Shown piece after piece: positions 54,732 to 64,000 of a stretch of DNA of 64,000 nt. This DNA comes from Batkoa obscura (Eukaryota), in assembly GCA_030770535.1 (NCBI GenBank), contig JASVEC010000016.1, forward strand, positions 1-64,000, written 5' to 3'. Position 1 is the first letter of the stretch, and each line of letters starts with the position of its first letter. Position numbers and translations under genes: made by a program. The notes under the pieces are model-generated. The model had not been told where the DNA came from. It saw only the letters and a list, made by a program, of their open reading frames with translations, and made no database searches.

Positions 54732-55558
54732 ACTTGAAGTTTAAATTGAAAGTTATCCTATTTTAATCTATTTATATCTTAATAAGAACTCAATTTTAAA
54801 ATTTTAGTTTTAAAAAATTATTATTTCTTTTACACACACTCCCTCTTACATGAAGTTTTCTTATTTGAAATATTATTTTTTAGTATTAATATGATATAAT
54901 AAACAACCCCTTATACATCTATTTTTAAAAAATAATATACAAGCTTGATAAATAGTAGTATTACACTTTATCCAGTTAATTTTTTAAATTTTTATATAGG
55001 TTGCTATTAATGAATGTAAGTTAGTTTTTATAATCATGTTAATTATTTATAGTTTTAGATCAGCTTTGAAGATAAAGTATTTAAGACTGAATAATAAATA
55101 TCCTAAAGATGAAGAAGAATCGAAGTTTTAATTTTATAAATAATAATTTATCATAATAATACATAGTAAAAAATAGAACTATGTATTATACAATAACGGT
55201 AATATAATATAGTAAATTAATAATTAGTACTTTATAATAATTCAGGGAGGATAAGAGATAACCAATTAAAAGAAATCAAACTTTTATAAATCCTATAAAA
55301 CAAAAGATGACGAAAGACAATAATTATGGTAATAAAACTAGTATAAGCCATAAGGTTATAATAAAAATAGAATGATAAAGAAACAAACTAATAAGATATT
55401 AATTAATAAATATGCTTATATCATCTTAATATTATAATTAAGTTGATCCTTAAAAAAGGGGGAATGTTAATGAGTAAGTAAAAAAGAAATAAATAACCCT
55501 TTAAATAATCAAAAACATTATAAATAAACGATTAAAAGAAGAAGAAATAAATATCAAT

Positions 55559-56274
55559 ATGTTTCAAAATCAATTAAGTCCTATTATCAATAATAATTTA
55601 AGTTTAATTAAAAGAAATCAATCTGAAGATAACAATGACATTCGAGATATTCCATTTAATTTAATTAATGATCCTATTGTTTCTAATAATGATCCTATTG
55701 ACCCTAATAATATTTCTATTTATAATAGAATGCCAATAAATTATTTTAATATGCCTATCAATAATTTCAATAATAATAATAGTAATAGTAAAAAAGCATT
55801 ATTAATAGGTATCAATTATATAGGAACAGATAATGAGTTAAAAGGATGTATTAATGATGTAATGAACATCAAAAAGTTTTTAATTTATAAATTCAACTTT
55901 AATCCCAATAACATCTTAGTATTAACTGATGATCAAGTATATAATCCTATGTGTATGCCAACTAGATATAATATATTAAATGCAATGCATTGGTTAGTAA
56001 AGGAAGCAAAAGCAGGTGATTCATTGTTCTTTCATTATTCAGGCCATGGTTCACAACAACAAGATACTGAAGGTGATGAAGAAGATGGATATGATGAAAC
56101 TATACTACCTTTAGATTTTGAATTGAATGGTGAAATTGTTGATGATCAAATGAATGCTATTATGGTAAGACATCTACCTTTTGGTGCCAAATTAACTTGT
56201 ATCTTTGATTGTTGTCATTCGGGTACTGCTTTAGATTTACCTTATGTTTATTCTCATTTAGGTAAATGTAATTT

Positions 56275-56305
<31 letters not shown>

Positions 56306-56816
56306 TTAGGTAATCTTAAAAAATTTAATATTTGGAGAACTATTTATAAATCTTTACATCAAATGGGATATTATCATTTAACGGATATTCATTCGCCAGA
56401 AGCTAAATTAATTATTCATGATTCAATTGATAAATTACATACTACTATGGAAGCAGAAGTAAGATCCAAATTAACTCGTGGCTCTTTAGGTATTAACTTA
56501 AAATTAATATATATTAAATATTATATTTTTATATTATTATTTATTTATTATTTATTTTCTTTTATTAAAATTAGGTGAAGTGATTATGTTCTCTGGATGT
56601 AAAGATGATCAAACTTCAGCTGATGCTCATGTTTTAGGTTATGGCTCAACTGGTGCTATGTCTCATGCATTAATTACTGCTTTAAATTATAATACCAATA
56701 TGACCTATCTTCAATTATTACGTGCTATTCGTACTTTATTAAAAGATAAATATGAACAATTACCTCAATTATCTTGTAGTAAGCCAATGAATATTAACTC
56801 TACTTTTAGTTTATAA
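55559..56816 (+). CDS. MCA1: Type I metacaspase, 3 exons (55559-56261, 56310-56489, 56575-56816)
   Basis: KKALLIGINY, LKGCINDV, FHYSGHG (catalytic His), FDCCHSGT (catalytic Cys), FSGCKDDQTSAD; Asn-rich prodomain. Confidence 0.93.
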
Positions 56817-56941
56817 TTGACTAAGTACAATTAATGACTATTCTATTTTATAAAGAGTATTATTTTGTTATTATCCCCCCTTTATATCTCTATTTCACAT
56901 AATAAAATATGAAATTTTATTATAAATTAGAGTTTTGTTTT

Positions 56942-57632
56942 AAATTTTATTTTATTTTATTTTATTTTATTTTATTTTATTTTATTTTTATTTTATTTTT
57001 ATTTTATTCAAAGTCATTAGTGCTAAGTGTCTTGTTTACAACAGTAAAATAAATTTAATATAAAATCAACTGGTTTAATGAACATAGATCCATCATTAGT
57101 AGGATAGCTTCTAGAAGGGAAAGTATGTTGTCTAAAAAATTTCTCTCCTTAAAAGAGTTAGAAAGGTGCAATATGGATCATTGAATTTTAGTCTTCCAGA
57201 AGATTCTTGATTGACTTGTGATAATAATGGAATACAAGTAAAAGATGAAGTTAGGTTTAGAGGGGAAATGTAAGAAAATAAAGCCCTTGTAGGTGGCTTA
57301 TAAATCTTTAAAAAGGATCAAAGCTCTATTAAGCTAGGTGGAAGAAAAGTTAAAGTAAGAATAATGGGGAACATAGGAATAAGATTGAGGGTAAAGGGGA
57401 TAGGCTCAATTGATTAATGATAAATAGTTAGAGGAAGAATTTCATCGTTGAATATGAAGTAAAACGGGGAAGAGGATCAGTATCAAACAGACTGAAGTGG
57501 CAGTAATTAATAAGAATAAGTGAAGATTTTGAAATAATTGATAGTAGTATGAAGGTTGAATGACTAAATCGCCAAAAAATTATAATAAGTTTATGGCTGA
57601 TGCCTTGTCTTTGGTAGGTGAGAGTTGGGTCT
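56942..57632 (-). mobile_element. Possible degenerate 3' end of a non-LTR retrotransposon with an (AAAAT)n tail (56942-57008)
   Basis: C-rich minus strand with a broken frame IIFWRFSHSTF...YCHFS resembling the zf-RVT FxWxxxH...CxxC pattern, ending in an A-rich tandem tail. Confidence 0.35.
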
Positions 57633-57843
57633 ATTTTAAAGATTAATTATTATTAAAATACGGTTAACTTATTAATACATTTTCTTATTATATTATAAAG
57701 TTTATAAATTACTACATTTATTAGAATAAATTTAAAAATAATTTAAAATTTAAAATTTAAAATTTATTCCTTAATATAATCCCACATAAATAAAACTATT
57801 CATTAAAAAGAATACTTTAATACTCACTCATTCATTTTAATAT

Positions 57844-58794
57844 TTATAAATCACTCTTTCTTGATTCTACTACAATATCATTTAATTCAACCTCATTAAA
57901 TTGAGTATAAATAATTTCATTTAATTCATTAGTTTGATGTGTTTCTAAAGTATCTACCATAGTTGATTTTGTTTCATTAAAATTATTACTATCTTCTGTT
58001 AGTTTAGCTTTGGAATTTTTACCCATTCTATGGGATAATCTCTTATTACGTAATTTTTGATGTTTTCTTAATTGAAGCACTGTTAAAAGAGATGTAATAG
58101 CCCAAGAAATATTAAATAGTACAGCGGAATTCTGATTTAAGATTTGAGCAAACGCTAAGATACAGATAAAGATATCAACAAATAAGATAATGAGACTGTA
58201 AATAATTCCATCTTTCAAAATCATTTTATAAAAAGGTAATTGATTAAATTTATACTGTTTGTAAATTATTATTAGAAAGATGGAAGTCAAATATATATTT
58301 AAAATCATTTGAATTGTTAATGCCATTCCAGCATATAACATATCCATATTAGCAGAACAATTTAATAATGGAGTAATAGTTATGGAAGTGAATACCATAT
58401 TTAAACAAAACAATACTAATTTAATAGCCATTAAAACTAAAGCTAAAGGATAAATGTATTTAGGTAGAGAAGAGAGGACAAGTTTAGCTTTAATTAGAAG
58501 TATCAATTCAATAGAAAGTGTAGATAATAAATTTCCAACGGCAGCAAATTGAATACGAAATAAACAGTAATTATCAAATGAAAAAAAAAAAATTATTATT
58601 AATAAATTGACTATTAAACCTATCAAACTTTGTATTAAATTTAATTGAAAAATTTGATTTTGATTTTTTAATATTAATTTGATAGAATGAATTGTATTTA
58701 ATAAAAAAATCGTAAAGCTCATTGAATTGATTGTCATGGCTAAATTCGATTCAAATATATAATGAACTGGACTTATTATTATATTATTATCCAT
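57844..58794 (-). CDS. Seven-transmembrane (GPCR-like) protein of unknown function, intronless
   Basis: ~7 hydrophobic segments, Cys in loops before TM3 and TM5, ILKDGIIY motif, basic then acidic cytoplasmic tail. Confidence 0.7.
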   Translation of the reverse strand: MDNNIIISPVHYIFESNLAMTINSMSFTIFLLNTIHSIKLILKNQNQIFQLNLIQSLIGLIVNLLIIIFFFSFDNYCLFRIQFAAVGNLLSTLSIELILLIKAKLVLSSLPKYIYPLALVLMAIKLVLFCLNMVFTSITITPLLNCSANMDMLYAGMALTIQMILNIYLTSIFLIIIYKQYKFNQLPFYKMILKDGIIYSLIILFVDIFICILAFAQILNQNSAVLFNISWAITSLLTVLQLRKHQKLRNKRLSHRMGKNSKAKLTEDSNNFNETKSTMVDTLETHQTNELNEIIYTQFNEVELNDIVVESRKSDL

Positions 58795-59849
58795 TTTATA
58801 TTATTTCAATTGATTTTTTATAACAATAATTTACAATTATAAAAATATACTAAATTTTGAGATTTTTTCTCTTTTATATATAATTGATTTTATAAGTACT
58901 TTTACATTTATCCCTAATATTATACTTTAGTTCATTTCTGGCTTAACCCCAACTTTGTTTTATAAGTAAACTAAATTTAAGGAGAGGACGAATTACTATA
59001 ATTACTCACTACTGTATCATTTAATACTTGATTAACTTCTTTTAGCTATTAAAGTTATGTTAGTTATTATTAGTCTCTATATTATATAATTCGATCTATT
59101 TGATTATATTAAAATTAATATTTTTAATATAGAATATCACCTTTTTCAAATTTCATACTCTAAATTATTATGTTATTTTTTATTTTGATTTATTTATTTA
59201 TTTATTTATTTATTCATTACAAACAATACAACTCTCTAAACCTCCATCATTATAATACACATTCATTCGTTTATTTATTTATTTATTCACTATTATATTT
59301 AAAATGTCCTAACATTTTCTATTTCAATTAATTTCAGCTTATTACCCCCTTCATTAAAATAATGGTTCATCAATTTAAAATGTCTCCTTAAACTAAAAAT
59401 AAAATAAAAATATGAGAAATAAAAAATTAGTTTTATTAATATTTTGTTTTCTTTTTTTATTACGAAAAGTAATTAATTGAAGTATTATAATAAAATTTAA
59501 AACCAAATATATTTTTTATTAATTGTTAACTTCTACAGTTTTATTATTATTTAAAACTCACTTAATTAAATGGTCTAGATGAAGTATTAAAAACAAAGCC
59601 TCAATATATATATATATTAGATCTTTTTTGCTCCAATCGGAGTTCTATTGCTTATTATTTGATATTGAATGAGTATAAAAATAAAAAATAAAAAAACAAG
59701 GAAATAAAATTCCTATCTGAGTTAGGTTAAAATTTGGAAGAATTAGTTACTTTTTTTTCATTTCATTCTTTTGTTTATTCATTAAATATCATAAATATTA
59801 AAAGTAAGCTCCATTTAAATGCTGCAGTAATTAAAAGTATAAAATATAT

Positions 59850-59947
59850 AGGGGTATATTTTTGTATCCAAGAGTTTTACTAACAATTTTTCCACTTAAA
59901 TAGCGCTTGAAACATGGAAAAAATAATGAAGCCAAAAAAACACCCTC
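59850..59947 (-). mobile_element. MITE copy
   Basis: AGGGGTA...CACCCTC, ATAT target duplication. Confidence 0.9.
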
Positions 59948-60677
59948 ATATCATTATTTACTATATAATATATCTTTGAATTAGTGTCAAAATTTATATA
60001 ATAACTGATATATTAATATACTAATATTGAAAAAAAGGGAATATTACTTGAATCATTTAAAAAACCTAGCGAAATAACAAAAAGAATCAATTTATAAATA
60101 TATAAAAATACTAAATATTTATCTAATAAAGAGAAATCATAATCAAAATTCTATGAGGAAAAGAAATTAAAGATTATTTTTTTATTAATTTATACTCAAT
60201 AAAGTCAAAAGTTTAATTAAAGATATTTGTTACTTAAAAGTAAAAAGTTATTAAATACAATTATCAAATTTCAATATGGATACTTAGTCATTACTAGAGT
60301 ATACTTCTTCTAGATCTCCTAACTTATCATCACAACCTTCATCCTGTAAATTCACCAACCCAATAGCATCTAAATAAAGCAATTTAACTGATTTCTTTTG
60401 AAAAGTTTTAACTTAGAATCTCCAATTTTAAATTTAGTCATAAATTTTGTATAATAATAAATAAATAAAACTATATTTTTTGTTCATTTTTATATTTAAC
60501 ATACTCAGGATTTACTTTTCCAATGATTTTTAAGTTTTCTTTTGATAGCTTTAATATCAATATTTTCAACCAAATTATAAACTAAAACATTAATAAAATA
60601 ATATTATTAAGAAACTAATTGTTTGATTGTAATAAATATATATTTGATTTTGAAATTATTTATTTTTAATAAAATAT

Positions 60678-60775
60678 GGGGATGTTTTTTTGACTTCATT
60701 ACTTTTTCCATTCTTTAAGCACTATTTGAGTGGAAATTTTGTTAGTAAAATTCTTAAACATAAAAACACATCCCC
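60678..60775 (+). mobile_element. MITE copy
   Basis: GGGGATGT...ACATCCCC; flanks ATAT/ATAC. Confidence 0.93.
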
Positions 60776-61919
60776 ATACATAGTTACTATTAAGTTGTTT
60801 AATTTATGAGTTACTATAAAGAAGATAATTACTTTTTTAATAATAAAATAGGGGCACTACTAAACTATCAAGCTTCAAAATACATTTAATCTTTTATCTT
60901 AGTAATGACACTAATTAAAGTGATAAATATAAAAAAATAGGACTTTTTTGTCATATCCCTGTTTTTCCTTTTAAATATTTATTTCTTCATAGAGCATTTC
61001 AAAAGAACTTATCAAATAATTAAATGATTTTAATACAAAAATAAATCTTCAGTTTTATTTTAAATTTTAAATTATTTAAACTAAGAAATGGAAATGAAAA
61101 AGAAGACTAACTATAACAAACTATTTAAATAAAAACTAGTAGCATACAAATAACAGATAAATTACTAATATGCTGTATTACTAATTTAACTATTCTTTCA
61201 TTATTAAAATTTACTTTTACCGTAAAATTAACCTAAATTAACTAAGAATCCAGGATTAATTAACCATCACCAATTAAAATACGTCATCTTTAAAGTTAAT
61301 TGAAGCTGTCAAATAAAACCAAGCTTTTCAGGGATAAAAATAATTTAGTGAAAGTATCAAAACTTTAATAATAAGTTATTATTTCAATTAATTATTAATT
61401 CATTTATTTATTCTACTTATTTACTATGCAATTCCAATTCAGTTTTAGAATTCAGATAGAATTACTAATATGTCATTAATAATAGAATATATATAAAATA
61501 ACTGAAAACAACAATATAAAAAGTATATTATGATAAATTAAAGTTTATGTATAATTTTTACAAAAAGCAATGATAAAACTTAGCATTTGATTGAGTTGTT
61601 TTATTTAATTGGTTTGTATAAATTTCATAATATCATTATTTTAATAAAGCTTGTTTTATAATTTAACCCTTTAAATTTATGTTTTTGAAAAATAGTTATA
61701 ATACGCCTCATTACAAAGAAAAAAAGGATAATTATTCTTGAGAGTTTCAAAACCATCATCATCATTAAATTTGTTTGATGATATAATCAATTGAAAATGC
61801 ATTATAGCAAAACTTCAAAAAAAATAGTATATAAATACAATGATTTACTTTAACTAAAGTTTAAAAAATTCAACATTTTATTTTTATAAGAAAAATATAC
61901 AACAATAACATATTCAACT

Positions 61920-64000
61920 ATGAGTCCATCCAAAATTAAAGACGTATCTATTAATAGTAATAAAGATGTATCTATTATTGATATTAAAGATGAATCCTTC
62001 AAGAACTTTGATCTTGAACCTTTAATATTAGATAATATTAATAAACCATTTAATCAAAAGAGTATACCAACTTTAGTATTATATGATGATAAAGGTTTAC
62101 AATTATTTGATAAAATTACCTATTTAGATGAATATTACCTTACTGAAGCAGAGATTGATATATTAAAGCGTAAATCGGATGATATCATCAATCTAATTCC
62201 TGATGATTCTTATGTTATTGAATTAGGTTCTGGTTCTTTAAGAAAAACTAAGGTAATCTTAGATGCTATTGAAAAGAATAGAAAAGGAGTCAATTATTAT
62301 GCTTTAGATGTCATGGAAAAGGAATTAGTAAAATCTTTACAAAATTTAAAAGATTATAGTAATTTAAAATGTCATGGCTTATGTGGTACTTATGACGATG
62401 GTATGAAATTTATTCAACAATTGCCAAAAGAAAAGAGAAAGACAATATTATGGTTAGGCTCTTCTATTGGTAATTATAATCGTATTGAAGCAGAAGAATT
62501 TGTTAAAAAAATTCATCAATGTTTAAATCCAGGTGATTTATTTATTATTGGTATTGATTTACGTAAAGATAGTAAAAGAATATCATTAGCTTATAATGAT
62601 CCAAAGGGAGTATCAAGAGATTTTATATTGAACGGTTTAAATAACTGTAATAATATATTAGGTTTAGAATTTTTTAATTTAAATAATTTTGAATTTAAAA
62701 GTGTAGTTAATGAAGAGAAAGGGTTTCATAATTCTAGATTTATATCAACTTGTAATCAAACATTAAATCATCCTAAGAAACAATTAAGCATTGAAATTAA
62801 AAAAGATGAAGAAATCGATATTGAATATAGTATTAAATATTCACTTAATGAAATTGATGGTTTAATAGAAAATACAAAGTTTTTAAAACAATCACAATGG
62901 TTTGATACAACTAATAGCTATTCTTTAAATGTTATTTATAAACCTCCCTTTAATTTTAGTAAAATAATCAATTATTCAATTATACCTAGTATAGTTGAAT
63001 GGGAAGAAATCTTTCAAGCTTGGGAATATATTGTATTTGATTCAATTAAAGAAGAGGATTTATTAAAACAACCTATTTCTTTACGTCATCCTATATTATT
63101 TTATTTAGGTCATATCCCTGCCTTTTTAGATATTCAATTATCTAAACATTTAAAATGGAATTTAATTGAACCAAAAGAATATACTACTCATTTTGAAAGA
63201 GGTATTGATCCTGATGTAGATGAACCATCTAAATGTCATTCTCATTCTGAATTACCAAAAGAATGGCCAACTAGAAATCAAGTAATTGAATACCATGATA
63301 AAGTAAAACAACGATTATTTAATATATTAAATAACAAAGAAATGATGGAAGATAAAAGGTTATTAAGAGTCTTATCTTATGTATTTGAACATCAAGTAAT
63401 GCATTTAGAAACTTTATTATATATGTTAATACGTTGTGATACTATTCAATATAAAAATATTTATAAAACAACCTTTAATAATAAAATTGAAAAAATTAAT
63501 GAAGCTCAATTACTTCCAATTAATGAAGGACAAGTTATGATTGGTAGAAATGATATTGAATCTGAAGATTTTAATAAAAACAATAAATCTTTAGATTATT
63601 TTGGTTGGGATAATGAATCACCTCAAAGAGAAGTTAAAGTTAAAGAATTTCAAATTCAATCTAGACCAGTTACTAATGGAGAATTTTTACAATTTTTAAA
63701 AGAAACAGTTAATAAAAATCATCCAGCTCAATGGTCTCCAATTAATGATAATAATAATGAATTTGAATTTAAAGTAAGAACTTTATTAGGTTATGTAAGT
63801 ATGGAAGAAGCTGAAAATTGGCCAGTATCTGTAAGTTATGAACAAGCTAAACAATATTCTGCATGGAAAAATATGCGATTACCAACAGAAGAAGAATTAT
63901 TATTATTTTATAAGCAATATAACAATAACAATGATAGTAATATAGGATTTAAAAATTTTCATCCAAAACCAGTAAATGAAATACAAACTTATGGAGATGG
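61920..64000 (+). CDS. EGT1: Ergothioneine biosynthesis protein 1 (EgtD methyltransferase fused to EgtB-type sulfoxide synthase); truncated by the window end and absent from the ORF track
   Basis: KSIPTLVLYDDKGLQLFDKIT..EYYLT, IELGSG, WLGSSIGN, AYND; LRHPILFYLGH, FERGIDPDV, FEHQVMHLE, FGWDNESP. Confidence 0.95.
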   Translation, partial: MSPSKIKDVSINSNKDVSIIDIKDESFKNFDLEPLILDNINKPFNQKSIPTLVLYDDKGLQLFDKITYLDEYYLTEAEIDILKRKSDDIINLIPDDSYVIELGSGSLRKTKVILDAIEKNRKGVNYYALDVMEKELVKSLQNLKDYSNLKCHGLCGTYDDGMKFIQQLPKEKRKTILWLGSSIGNYNRIEAEEFVKKIHQCLNPGDLFIIGIDLRKDSKRISLAYNDPKGVSRDFILNGLNNCNNILGLEFFNLNNFEFKSVVNEEKGFHNSRFISTCNQTLNHPKKQLSIEIKKDEEIDIEYSIKYSLNEIDGLIENTKFLKQSQWFDTTNSYSLNVIYKPPFNFSKIINYSIIPSIVEWEEIFQAWEYIVFDSIKEEDLLKQPISLRHPILFYLGHIPAFLDIQLSKHLKWNLIEPKEYTTHFERGIDPDVDEPSKCHSHSELPKEWPTRNQVIEYHDKVKQRLFNILNNKEMMEDKRLLRVLSYVFEHQVMHLETLLYMLIRCDTIQYKNIYKTTFNNKIEKINEAQLLPINEGQVMIGRNDIESEDFNKNNKSLDYFGWDNESPQREVKVKEFQIQSRPVTNGEFLQFLKETVNKNHPAQWSPINDNNNEFEFKVRTLLGYVSMEEAENWPVSVSYEQAKQYSAWKNMRLPTEEELLLFYKQYNNNNDSNIGFKNFHPKPVNEIQTYGD

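Noticed and set aside
56262..56309. Hydrophobic LFIYLFIYLF insert in the metacaspase ORF, considered as a TM segment
   Set aside because: It is a 48-bp in-frame intron made of a (TTTA)n microsatellite

Overview
Left end of a chromosome from a very AT-rich, intron-rich eukaryote. It is a fungus (CHS5, Zn2Cys6 factor, PKC1, EGT1, type I metacaspase), most likely an early-diverging lineage; that placement is inferred from the Integrator-like gene, the EF-hand glycerol-3-phosphate dehydrogenase and the ~50-bp introns. A (CCCTAA)n telomere (1-546) is followed by a ~2 kb subtelomere containing a long foldback repeat, then ~23 protein genes. Most are multi-exon, so the ORF track shows only fragments. 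The genes are two inverted insulysin/STE23 paralogs, GUT2, a probable Integrator subunit 5, a type I membrane protein, PKC1, SKI8/WDR61, a Rab7-like GTPase, ZIP7/YKE4, SAL1, OLA1, CWF18, a quinone oxidoreductase, CHS5, a cytochrome P450, a Zn2Cys6 factor, three tandem TspO-like membrane proteins, a metacaspase, a 7TM protein and a truncated EGT1. Intergenic DNA carries at least 23 copies or fragments of a ~97-bp MITE with GGGG...CCCC ends, 4-bp AWWT target duplications and nested insertions. The most notable observations are this MITE, the INTS5-like gene, gene-conversion tracts between the insulysin paralogs, and a hidden terminal exon in the TspO-like triplet that is fossilised in one copy. 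Exon boundaries were read by eye, and family assignments rest on remembered motifs rather than database searches.
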